Of a stretch of DNA of 27,217 bases, positions 5,450 to 14,727 are shown piece after piece (within the stretch, counting starts at the first letter, position 1; each line of letters starts with the position of its first letter). The notes under the pieces were generated by a model. It saw only the letters and a program-made list of their open reading frames with translations. It was not told where the DNA came from and ran no database searches. The position numbers were made by a program, and so were the translations under genes. The stretch is from a virus. Its lineage: Duplodnaviria; Caudoviricetes. The stretch spans positions 1 to 27,217 of IMG/VR virus record IMGVR_UViG_3300044448_000433. One strand, written 5' to 3'.

Positions 5450-7148
5450 GGCTGACGCGAGAGAAGAGCCTGTCAAGCGTAAGCGGGGCCGTCCCAAGTT
5501 AGCCGAGGGCGAGAAGGGTAACTACCGCATCTCTGCAAAAGAGAGAGCGCGAAGAGCATCCGCCGCCGCAGTCCGTAATGCGGACAAGGCTAAGAAGAAG
5601 GCGCAGAAAAAAGCATCTCGGGCCAAGGAAAAGAAAGACAGCATCAAGAAGGTTGAACAGGCTTTGTTCAACAAGAACGGTGCTAAAGTTATTGAAGATA
5701 CCACACTACAGAATGTACCAAAACCCGTAAGGGAGTTAGTAGAGGATGAAGCAGAGGTTATCTTCAAGCCAAACTCGGGGCCACAGACTGACTTTTTGGC
5801 GAGTCCTGAAAGGGATGTTTTTTACGGTGGCGCTGCTGGCGGCGGGAAGTCTTATGCTCTTCTTGCTGATCTGCTTCGCTACTGTAGCAATCCCAATCAT
5901 CGCGCCCTTATTATTCGTCGCACTCTGGATGAGCTTACAGAACTGGTCGATAAGAGTAAACAACTCTATCCAAGAGCTTTTCCCGGCGCGATATTTAGAG
6001 AGTCAAAAGCCATGTGGCAGTTCCCGTCCGGGGCTACGGCATGGTTCTCCTACCTCGACAAGGACAAGGACGTAACGCGCTACCAAGGTCAGGCTTTTAC
6101 TTGGATTGGTATTGACGAGATAACGCACTACCCGACTCCCTACGTGTGGGAGTATCTGCGCTCTAGGCTTCGTACAACGGACTCAGAGATTAACGCATAC
6201 ATGCGCTGCACAGGAAACCCCGGAGGGGTAGGTGGCTGGTGGGTCAAGAAGATGTACATCGACCCTGCACCGCCTAACACACCTTTTGCAGCTACCGATG
6301 TTGATACAGGTAACGCTCTTTTGTGGCCTGAAACAGCAACTAACGGTAAAGCAGGTCAGCCGCTGTTTCTTCGTAAATTCATTCCGGCGCGTCTGACTGA
6401 TAACCCCTACCTCGCGCAAACTGGCGAATATGAAGCCATGTTGAGGTCGCTCCCAGAAGTCGAACGAAGGCGTCTTCTAGAAGGGGATTGGGATGTCGCA
6501 GAGGGAGCGGCGTTCCCAGAGTTTTCCCGCAACATTCACGTTGTGGAAGCCTCACAGACACAGATACCCCATAATTGGTTGCGCCTTCGTGCGGCGGATT
6601 ATGGATATGCCGCCCCCTCCTGTGTTCTGTGGGGCGCAGTTGACTGGGATGATACTCTGTGGATTTACAGGGAGTTTTACGGTAAGGGGCAGACTGCAGA
6701 AACTCTGGCTAATATCATTGTAAATCTGGAGGGAGACGATCCCGGTATGTACTACTCGGTGCTTGACTCCTCCTGTTGGAACAGGACAGGCACTGGACCT
6801 TCAATCGCTGAAACCCTAATTCGATGTGGGGCTAGGTTTACTCCATCAGACAGAAACAGGATTGCAGGTAAACTGGAACTACACAGGCGTTTACAGGTGG
6901 ATGAGTTTACACAAGAACCAAGAATAAAGATACTTTCAACCTGTACACAGCTTATACGTACTCTCTCAGGGCTACCCCTGTCAAAAACAAACCCTGAAGA
7001 TGTAGATACGAAAGCGGACGACCACGCCTACGATGCTTTGCGGTACATGTGCATGACTCGTGCAAGAGGCCATCTAACCATCAACTCTATGATGAACAAG
7101 ATGAAAGAAGCAAAGCCAAAACCTTTTGACTCTACGTTTGGTTACTGA
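5442..7148 (+). CDS. terL: Terminase large subunit (start GTG 5442 preferred over TTG 5376)
   Basis: Walker A YGGAAGGGKS, Walker B WIGIDE, coupling motif TGNPGG, RNase H-like nuclease AADYG...DDHAYDALRY. Confidence 0.96.
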   Translation: MDKADAREEPVKRKRGRPKLAEGEKGNYRISAKERARRASAAAVRNADKAKKKAQKKASRAKEKKDSIKKVEQALFNKNGAKVIEDTTLQNVPKPVRELVEDEAEVIFKPNSGPQTDFLASPERDVFYGGAAGGGKSYALLADLLRYCSNPNHRALIIRRTLDELTELVDKSKQLYPRAFPGAIFRESKAMWQFPSGATAWFSYLDKDKDVTRYQGQAFTWIGIDEITHYPTPYVWEYLRSRLRTTDSEINAYMRCTGNPGGVGGWWVKKMYIDPAPPNTPFAATDVDTGNALLWPETATNGKAGQPLFLRKFIPARLTDNPYLAQTGEYEAMLRSLPEVERRRLLEGDWDVAEGAAFPEFSRNIHVVEASQTQIPHNWLRLRAADYGYAAPSCVLWGAVDWDDTLWIYREFYGKGQTAETLANIIVNLEGDDPGMYYSVLDSSCWNRTGTGPSIAETLIRCGARFTPSDRNRIAGKLELHRRLQVDEFTQEPRIKILSTCTQLIRTLSGLPLSKTNPEDVDTKADDHAYDALRYMCMTRARGHLTINSMMNKMKEAKPKPFDSTFGY

Positions 7149-7150
7149 AA

Positions 7151-9172
7151 ATGAAAAAAGCAGACGCTATCAAAGCAGTAATTCAAAATATAAAAGATGA
7201 AAACAGGTCTTCTTTTGGTCCTGAAGATATTGAACGTCTTAAAAAAGTATATAGTGGAGGATTGACACAAAATATTATTTCTGACTTTCGAGCAGAGGCC
7301 CTTAAAGCAGGAATAGAAGACGTTGACAAACTTGATTTTGAAGAGTATCTACCCTCAAGAAGAAGATATGGACAAAGACCGGGAAAATTTGTTGCTGAAC
7401 CAGAACCAACTTCAGTAGGGCCAACATCCAAAGGGCTTGGAGCAACAAGGGGTATAACCCTAACAGATGAAGGTCTTACTTTTCTGTTGGCTGAGATTGA
7501 ACAATCTCCGGAAAGCATAAATACATCATATTTAGATGAGCCATTCACCGGGCGAAAACACGAAACAGACCATTGGAAAGCAAAGGTTAAACTAGATAAA
7601 GAACGAGGAACAATTAAAACTTCTTTTAATAATGTTTTACGGAGTGTTTTTGACAAAATTAGAAATTATGGCGATCCCTATGAATTTTTCCCCGAAGTAT
7701 CGTTTCTTGACGTGTTCGATGACAAGAAGAGACTTAGCCCACAAGTAGTAGACGCCTACCTAGGTGAGTTATGGAAAAGAGGTTGGTTAGAAGATGCTGA
7801 TCCTGATTTTGAAGCGTTAGATACTGAGTTTAAGGGGCTTGAAAAAAATTACCAAAATAGAGCTTCTACAAGGGGAAGACAACTACTAGACACTAAAAAG
7901 AGAAAAGGTATACCTGTTGTAATTGGCGCTGCCTCAGACGGCACTATGGTATACAGCCCTGACGAAGTACGCCCGTACAGTTTAAGATTAAGTGACAAAG
8001 GTAAAAAGCATCTTGATAGTATTAGAGCGGGTAGAAATAAAATACTTATTGGAAAATCTGGAGAACGAGTAACAAAAATTGTTTCTGAGATTCCTAGTCT
8101 AGAACCCATACCTGATCCGACACTATCTGCGACTCAAACTCTTGATGACCAGTTACGTGAATCTAGAAAGCAATATCGTCAAAATCAAGCCATTCAAAAC
8201 AGGATTGGTGGGCCGCCGATAGCCAATGAAGTTACCTCACCACGCACAGGTAAAAGATATGCTAACTACAATGCTATGGTGTCAGCAGAGGGTCCAGTAC
8301 GGCCCCCCGGTGGAGAGACTGTAGAGCCAAATCGGGGTGAAGCTTCGCGAAAAGCAAAAGGAGCAGTTATTGCACGTAGAGATGTAAATACATTTAAACA
8401 GGCAATGGCTAACGCCGTAAGTATTAACCCCCAACTGCCTACACACCCTCTTCTGGATGAAGGCGGTAAACCAAACCTGTTTAAAGGCATTATGAGGGAA
8501 GCTCGTAAGATTGATCCTACAGTATCTATGAACGCAATGCAGGATATTAAGGACTACTTGTTTTTTACAGGCTATTTGGAAGCTGATGCTGCAGTATCAG
8601 AAAAGCTAGGACCATCTCGTTTATCTGACGCTGATGTGCCAGAGTATGTTAAACCTACCCAAAAGTATTACAAGGATGGTTTAAATATATTGGATGCTGG
8701 TGGAGAAAACGAACCTTTAGTCATTAGAAAGTTAAGTGCTGACCCTGACATGGATGATGTAAGAAGAGGTGCAAAGCCAATGCCACAAATAACCGGCCCT
8801 GAAACAGCAACTCCTGATAAGACAGTATCTGAAAGGACAAGTAGGTTTCTTAGATTTATTGAGGGCGGCAAAAAAGGACTAGGAATTATTTTACCGTTTG
8901 GGACGGGGGCTGCAGTATCTGCAATACCAACAAGAGGAGACACAACACCTCTTGGAGATAGAATACTTGAAGGAATTATAGGGTCTACACGATTAGCAGA
9001 TGCTACTCCTGCAGCCAAAAGAGCAAGAGAAGAAGCTGCAAGAGTGCGAGAAAGGGCTGGACCCGACTATAAGAGAATGAGAAGTGCTGACGAAGAAACT
9101 TTTTCCCGCATTGCGGAAGAAGAAGCCTCTGGACGTTTAAAAGGCCCCAGAGGATTTTTATACCTAGACTAA
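7151..9172 (+). CDS. Large hypothetical protein (673 aa)
   Basis: Long ORF starting 2 nt after the TerL stop; no confident domain. Confidence 0.85.
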   Translation: MKKADAIKAVIQNIKDENRSSFGPEDIERLKKVYSGGLTQNIISDFRAEALKAGIEDVDKLDFEEYLPSRRRYGQRPGKFVAEPEPTSVGPTSKGLGATRGITLTDEGLTFLLAEIEQSPESINTSYLDEPFTGRKHETDHWKAKVKLDKERGTIKTSFNNVLRSVFDKIRNYGDPYEFFPEVSFLDVFDDKKRLSPQVVDAYLGELWKRGWLEDADPDFEALDTEFKGLEKNYQNRASTRGRQLLDTKKRKGIPVVIGAASDGTMVYSPDEVRPYSLRLSDKGKKHLDSIRAGRNKILIGKSGERVTKIVSEIPSLEPIPDPTLSATQTLDDQLRESRKQYRQNQAIQNRIGGPPIANEVTSPRTGKRYANYNAMVSAEGPVRPPGGETVEPNRGEASRKAKGAVIARRDVNTFKQAMANAVSINPQLPTHPLLDEGGKPNLFKGIMREARKIDPTVSMNAMQDIKDYLFFTGYLEADAAVSEKLGPSRLSDADVPEYVKPTQKYYKDGLNILDAGGENEPLVIRKLSADPDMDDVRRGAKPMPQITGPETATPDKTVSERTSRFLRFIEGGKKGLGIILPFGTGAAVSAIPTRGDTTPLGDRILEGIIGSTRLADATPAAKRAREEAARVRERAGPDYKRMRSADEETFSRIAEEEASGRLKGPRGFLYLD

Positions 9173-9187
9173 TAGAGAGGAAAAACT

Positions 9188-9400
9188 ATGTACGCATATG
9201 GTAAAGACTACATCATGGGAATGATGAAGAAACAGGGCGAATTAAGTGACGCCCCGGAAGGTGCCCTGCACCGTGAAGGACTAGAAAAAATGCTGGTCGG
9301 CAAGATTGACCGCGATGCGTTGCAGGTAGATATGCCCCGTCCGAAAAGCAAATCGGTCGATCCGGCAGTCTTCCGCATGGCAGATCAAAAAGACTACTAA
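9188..9400 (+). CDS. Small hypothetical protein upstream of portal
   Basis: GAGAGGA SD; 70 aa. Confidence 0.8.
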   Translation: MYAYGKDYIMGMMKKQGELSDAPEGALHREGLEKMLVGKIDRDALQVDMPRPKSKSVDPAVFRMADQKDY

Positions 9401-9413
9401 GTAAGGAAGTCCT

Positions 9414-11510
9414 ATGGACGATTCACCTTTAGGCGATGTTACAGCAGCGGCTTTTGTTGATGACGCTTCTACAAATGTAGTTGGCACTGTTAAGTCAAAG
9501 TTTGAAGAAGCAGAGCATGGCCGCTATCAGCATGAACAACGCTGGCTAAAAGCCTACAAAAACTTTAGAGGTATCTACGACTCTACAACTCAGTTCCGTG
9601 AATCTGAGAATAGTAAAGTGTTCGTCAAGATTACCAAAACAAAAGTTCTCGCTGCTTATGGGCAGATGATTGATGTTCTTTTTGCTAATAAAAAGTTCCC
9701 GATTGTCGTTGAACCTAGCCCTGTGCCTGAAGGTGTAGCAGAGTTTGCACATCTTAGTAAAGCTCCTGTACCTCCACAGCAACAAGAAGAGCCTATGGCA
9801 GACCCCTATGGTTTTCCCGGCGATGGCCGCGAAATGCCACCGGGGGCTACAGAGGCTTCTCCGTTAGCCGGATTAGCCGAGAAGTACGAGGGAGTTGATC
9901 TGCAGGAAGGCCCAAGTCGTATGGGCGAACCACAGATATCCCCCTCACGCGAAACGGCACGGCACATGGAAAAGCTAATCCATGACCAACTGCACGAGAA
10001 CAACGCCACGAACATTCTGCGCCACTCACTGTTTGAGTGCGCTCTTCTTGGCACTGGCATTGTAAAGGGGCCGTTAAATGAAAGTAAAACTCTACATAGA
10101 TGGGATGACGAGAAAAACTACAGCCCGTATAAAAAGCTTGTACCCCGTCTTGAGTCGGTTTCATGCTGGAACTTTTACCCAGACCCCACCGCTACTAGTG
10201 TGGATGATTGCTCCTATGTAATTCAGCGCCATCGACTGAACAGGTCGCAGATGCGTGACTTGATGGACAAGCCTTTCTTTAATGGTGGGGCTATTGCTAA
10301 ATGTCTTAGCGGCGGTCCTAACTACACGGATAAATACTTTGAAGATACTATTCGTGCAGAGAGTCTGGAAGACCTTGCTGCTGTTGACAGATACGAAGTG
10401 CTTGAGTTCTGGGGTAATCTGGACAGCGATCTTATTCGTGATATGGGCATTCCTATGGAAGTAGATGATCTTTCAGAGGTTCCTGTAAACGCATGGATAT
10501 GTAACAATGAGGTGCTACGATTAGTCCTTAATCCGTTTGTGCCATACCGCATTCCATACTTTGCAACGCCCTATGAGATCAATCCCTATCAGTTGTTTGG
10601 TATTGGTATACCAGAGAACATGGAAGACGCACAGTTGCTGATGAATGGTCATGTAAGAATGGCTATTGACAATCTAGCCCTTGCTGGTAATGTAGTATTT
10701 GATGTAGATGAAGCATCTCTTGTACCCGGACAGAACTATGATATCTATCCGGGTAAAGTGTTTAGGCGTCAGTCCGGTGTTACGGGTACAGCCATTAACG
10801 CTGTAAAGTTTCCCAATACCGCTGGTGAAAACATTCAGATGTATCAGGCTGCACGACAATTAGCCGATGAAGAAACAGGATTACCGAGTATCATGCACGG
10901 TCAAACGGGCGTGTCCGGTACAGGACGTACCGCTGCAGGACTAAGTATGCTGCTAGGCGGTGCTAATCTCAGCGTAAAAACTGTAATAAAAAATATTGAC
11001 GATTTTCTTCTCAAGCCGCTTGGTGAGTACATGTTCTTCTGGAACATGCAGTTTGCGGATGATCGTCCTGAGATACAGGGAGATTTGGAGATCAAGCCAC
11101 AGGGAACTGCTGCAGTCATGCAGAAAGAAGTCCGTAGTCAGCGTCTAACCGCGCTTCTACAGACAGTGGCAAATCCAATGCTCGCTCCGTTTATCAAGAT
11201 TCCAAACCTTATACGAGAGCTAGCTATTGCACAGGACATTGATCCTGATCTGTTGGTAAACGATATCAACGATGCACAAATCTTTGCAGAAGTATTGAGA
11301 GGACTAAATGCTCAACAAGGAAACATGCCAGACCCTGCTGCCGCTGGTCAACAATCAGGCGGCATGGGACAGTCTGGAGGACTACCTGACGGACCTCAAG
11401 AACAGGCATCAGGCCCTGCTGGTGGTGGAGAAATCGGACTTAGAGATGCGCTTGCTGCAGGGCAAGGTGCAGGTGGTGGACCACCTCCTATCCCTGAAGA
11501 CGCAGGTTAA
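9414..11510 (+). CDS. Portal (head-tail connector) protein
   Basis: 698 aa; recognisable segments VFVKITKTKVLAAYGQ, LGTGIVKGP, WNFYPDP, RMAIDNLAL; position between TerL and scaffold/capsid genes. Confidence 0.92.
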   Translation: MDDSPLGDVTAAAFVDDASTNVVGTVKSKFEEAEHGRYQHEQRWLKAYKNFRGIYDSTTQFRESENSKVFVKITKTKVLAAYGQMIDVLFANKKFPIVVEPSPVPEGVAEFAHLSKAPVPPQQQEEPMADPYGFPGDGREMPPGATEASPLAGLAEKYEGVDLQEGPSRMGEPQISPSRETARHMEKLIHDQLHENNATNILRHSLFECALLGTGIVKGPLNESKTLHRWDDEKNYSPYKKLVPRLESVSCWNFYPDPTATSVDDCSYVIQRHRLNRSQMRDLMDKPFFNGGAIAKCLSGGPNYTDKYFEDTIRAESLEDLAAVDRYEVLEFWGNLDSDLIRDMGIPMEVDDLSEVPVNAWICNNEVLRLVLNPFVPYRIPYFATPYEINPYQLFGIGIPENMEDAQLLMNGHVRMAIDNLALAGNVVFDVDEASLVPGQNYDIYPGKVFRRQSGVTGTAINAVKFPNTAGENIQMYQAARQLADEETGLPSIMHGQTGVSGTGRTAAGLSMLLGGANLSVKTVIKNIDDFLLKPLGEYMFFWNMQFADDRPEIQGDLEIKPQGTAAVMQKEVRSQRLTALLQTVANPMLAPFIKIPNLIRELAIAQDIDPDLLVNDINDAQIFAEVLRGLNAQQGNMPDPAAAGQQSGGMGQSGGLPDGPQEQASGPAGGGEIGLRDALAAGQGAGGGPPPIPEDAG

Positions 11511-11547
11511 TACACAACAGAAAGAATACAGCAAACGTGGCAACTAA
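11308..11547 (+). CDS. Small helical protein typical of the gene following the portal; overlaps portal 3' end by 203 nt
   Basis: GAGAGGA SD just upstream of ATG 11308; L.PLVN...W...RLLQGK...L..LK pattern recalled from post-portal genes; overlaps the next start. Confidence 0.75.
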   Translation: MLNKETCQTLLPLVNNQAAWDSLEDYLTDLKNRHQALLVVEKSDLEMRLLQGKVQVVDHLLSLKTQVNTQQKEYSKRGN

Positions 11548-14500
11548 TCTAGAAGAAGCACTCCAAGGCGCAGGAGCGGTATCCGCTAAACCTGTGACTA
11601 TGGAAGCTCTCCCTGAAGCTACTATTGATGTGGGAGGCGGTTCTCAGTCTCTTGAGATTGAAGGGCTTGGTGTAAAACGTAGAAAAGACGATCTTTCTGT
11701 AACAACGTCTTCTACTTCTCAAATTGCTATTCAAGACTTGTTTGGCGACCTGCTTGATGAAGTAAATTTTTCTGATCCTACTAGTGTAGATGCTTTTAGA
11801 GATAATGCAGCTAATCGTATATCTGGACTAGATTCAGCAAGTATTGACAGTATACTTGGGCGACCGTCTACTATTGCTGAAGATACTGCTGCACTTAGTG
11901 CTAGCTTCGCATCTACTTTTGCTGATGAGCAATCTTCTAAGAATCAGTTTAGACAGCTTTTTGGCCCTCCTGAACCTCCTAGTGTAGCTGAGTCGGGTTC
12001 TGACTCTGATTTTTCTGATGATGCTGGTTTTGATTTTGATGCTGCTGGTTTTGGTTTAGACGTTGCTGATCCAGTAGGCGATCCTAACTTTGGTAGTATT
12101 GCTGGGCTTGGTATAGGTGCTTTAGGACCGGGAAGCTTTGATGTTGGCGCTTTTGCTGCACAGCAAGCAGGAGCAGCCGTAGGAGTAAACTTTGGTGCAA
12201 TACAGGGCGCTTTAAATGCAGATATATCTAATCCTGCAAGCGCAGTTAATGCTGTATTTAGTGCTATTGACGTTACAAGTAATATTGCAGATATTGCTCA
12301 GAGAGGAGTAAGTATACCAGACTTGTTTTCTAATGTTGAGAGAACTATTGAAGGAGTTGCTCAAAGTGTCTACAACGCGATAACCAATCCTGAACAAGAG
12401 CTAGCTTCTTTTGGTATGAATATGGCATACGGAACTCAGTTCCCTGACCTGTATCAATTTGACTTACCTCAAGGTCAAATGAACTTTGCATTTGATAAAG
12501 TAACAGGAAAAATAGCTACACCGGGACTACTTGGTTTTATGATGGGGATGGTGCCGACAGGCGTAATGTCAAGCGCGTATAATTTCGCTCAGGGCCACTC
12601 TAGTATGCAGCAACAGCAGGATGCTAACAGAAGTGCTATTGATGCTTTTGCTGGGCCACAACATACAACTAATAATCCTGAAGTTGGAGTGTACTCTTCA
12701 CCCACTGCAGCACAAAATCTGGCTAGAGGTGAGGAAGCTACGACAGGTTCTTTCGCCGCTGTAGATATGTCAGCTTCAGGGATTGGCGCGGTTGGTTTTG
12801 ATTTAGGCGCTCTTGCAGAAGCTATGGGACCAGAGGGTAATCTTAGTAATCTTAGTTATGCAGATTATGAAGCAGCATCTTTAAATGGCACTATGGGACA
12901 CGGGCCACCCGGTTTTGATGCTATTGATGAAGAGCAAGCCATTCTTGACGATTTAAATGCCGCACTTGAAGGTGCGGGACTTAGTACCTCTAGAGATATA
13001 GCGGAGGCTGCTCAAGCGTCTGCTGTTTTTTCTAGCGTAGCACTGGCAGGTTTTGAAGCGGCAATCGGTGCACAGGCTATAGGTACCGCAACGGCGGTGG
13101 GTAATCTTTCTGCTTATGATATAACGCAAGAGGAGGCTGCTGGTTATTATTCTGACGAGGTAGACCTAGAGGCACAACGGACAGATGTTGAAGGCAGGAT
13201 GGAGAATTTAAGTTCTGCTGTAGCAGCGCAATACAAAGACCAACCCAATACCCTTGCTTATGCAATAGAAGTAGCTAAAAGTATTATGTCATCTCCTGTA
13301 CCCGTAATAGACCCTCTAGCAGAAATAAAAGCATATATGGCCATACCGGAAGTAGCATATCAAGCAATTTTTGAGACACCAGAAGCAGGACAAGCTCGCG
13401 CTGACTACGGGGCGTATTACGGTGTGCAGCTAGGGAGTTTTGACGCACAAGGATATAACAGCCCAGACCCCAGCAGAGACGCTATGGATTTAGCTAATTT
13501 TGCTATGGATATAACACAGAGAAGTACCTTTAACACTGCAAACGTGGAAGATGAATCAATAGGCGCATATATGGGCAGTCTTATGGGTGCTTTTGACTTT
13601 TCAACTATGGCAGAAACAATAGAAGCTTTTAATACCGAACCTCTAGGTGCTTTTGACATGGACATGAGTAATCTGACAGGTTTTCATGGCAACATTGGCG
13701 ATGCTGACGCTGCCTCCGACGCGATGGGCACTGATGTAACTGGTACCGGACCTGCAGCGGGAGCGCCCGAAGACTTTAGTGATGATATGACGCAAGCTGA
13801 TCAAGATGCAGCGGCTACAGAAGCATTCGGTGATTTGTCTTACGGTCAGGAAGACATTAGTGAAGCAGACGCGGACTGTTTTGTTCAAGGAACTCCAGTA
13901 TTGATGGAGGATGGCTCTACAAAAGCTATTGAAAAAGTTGTAGTCGGTGATCTCGTTGCTGGTAAAGACGGCAACGCCAATGAGGTTAAATCTACACACA
14001 TTAGAAAGCCAGACATTCCCTTCTTATATGGTTTCAATGGTCATAAGCCCTTTGTAACAGCATACCATCCGTTTATGACAAAAGAGGGATGGGGCTGCTT
14101 TGAACCAGAGAAGTTTAAAGAGCATCGTCCCGCTGCATATCAAGAACTTGCTAACGAACAGGGCGGTAAAGACCTAATTAAAATTAAAAAAGATTGTGAA
14201 ATCCTACGTAGCGACAATGAATGGGTATTAGTTGAAGATGTTGTTGTTGAAGGTTGTGACCCTAATCTGACAGTATATAATCTTTCCGTAGCTAATGATA
14301 AAACTTTTGTAGCAAATAGTTATATTGTTCACAATAAAGCGGACAGCGGCAGTTGGGTTATATGTACCGAGCTAAAAAATCAAGGAAAACTTGATGCAGA
14401 GTTATACAATGTTGCATCTGTCTACTTTAGAAACAACCTCTCACAAGATATTCTTGAGGGCTATTGGGCATGGGCTATATCCTATGCAGAGCGTATGAAG

Positions 14501-14710
14501 CACAATAAACTTGCAACAGCATGGGCGAAACCGTGGGCGCGTGGGAGAGCAGTAGAAATTGCACATCGTATAGACCCTTCTAAGTATCCAAAATCTTCTT
14601 TTCTTGGCAAGTTAACAATCTGGTTAGGCGAACCTATATGCAGCCTAATAGGTAAATCAATTAGACTATTTAAAAATAAGCAACTCGTTAACAAACGATT
14701 AGACTACTAG
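11537..14710 (+). CDS. Large acidic putative internal virion protein with Hint domain and C-terminal VICT-type domain
   Basis: 1057 aa (GTG start); Asp/Ala/Gly-rich N-terminal 780 aa; Hint blocks visible at residues 781-933. Confidence 0.88.
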   Translation: MATNLEEALQGAGAVSAKPVTMEALPEATIDVGGGSQSLEIEGLGVKRRKDDLSVTTSSTSQIAIQDLFGDLLDEVNFSDPTSVDAFRDNAANRISGLDSASIDSILGRPSTIAEDTAALSASFASTFADEQSSKNQFRQLFGPPEPPSVAESGSDSDFSDDAGFDFDAAGFGLDVADPVGDPNFGSIAGLGIGALGPGSFDVGAFAAQQAGAAVGVNFGAIQGALNADISNPASAVNAVFSAIDVTSNIADIAQRGVSIPDLFSNVERTIEGVAQSVYNAITNPEQELASFGMNMAYGTQFPDLYQFDLPQGQMNFAFDKVTGKIATPGLLGFMMGMVPTGVMSSAYNFAQGHSSMQQQQDANRSAIDAFAGPQHTTNNPEVGVYSSPTAAQNLARGEEATTGSFAAVDMSASGIGAVGFDLGALAEAMGPEGNLSNLSYADYEAASLNGTMGHGPPGFDAIDEEQAILDDLNAALEGAGLSTSRDIAEAAQASAVFSSVALAGFEAAIGAQAIGTATAVGNLSAYDITQEEAAGYYSDEVDLEAQRTDVEGRMENLSSAVAAQYKDQPNTLAYAIEVAKSIMSSPVPVIDPLAEIKAYMAIPEVAYQAIFETPEAGQARADYGAYYGVQLGSFDAQGYNSPDPSRDAMDLANFAMDITQRSTFNTANVEDESIGAYMGSLMGAFDFSTMAETIEAFNTEPLGAFDMDMSNLTGFHGNIGDADAASDAMGTDVTGTGPAAGAPEDFSDDMTQADQDAAATEAFGDLSYGQEDISEADADCFVQGTPVLMEDGSTKAIEKVVVGDLVAGKDGNANEVKSTHIRKPDIPFLYGFNGHKPFVTAYHPFMTKEGWGCFEPEKFKEHRPAAYQELANEQGGKDLIKIKKDCEILRSDNEWVLVEDVVVEGCDPNLTVYNLSVANDKTFVANSYIVHNKADSGSWVICTELKNQGKLDAELYNVASVYFRNNLSQDILEGYWAWAISYAERMKHNKLATAWAKPWARGRAVEIAHRIDPSKYPKSSFLGKLTIWLGEPICSLIGKSIRLFKNKQLVNKRLDY
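13877..14335 (+). other. Hint (intein-like/BIL-type) autoprocessing domain, 153 aa, no endonuclease
   Basis: Block A CFVQGTPVLMEDGSTKAIEKVVVGDLV; block B FVTAYHPF (TxxH); block F VYNLSV..DKTFVAN; block G IVHN followed by Lys. Confidence 0.9.
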
Positions 14711-14727
14711 CAGGATTAGTATTAGCT

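Noticed and set aside
13877-14335. Canonical mobile intein with homing endonuclease
   Set aside because: Only 153 aa, no LAGLIDADG or HNH motifs, and the +1 residue is Lys.
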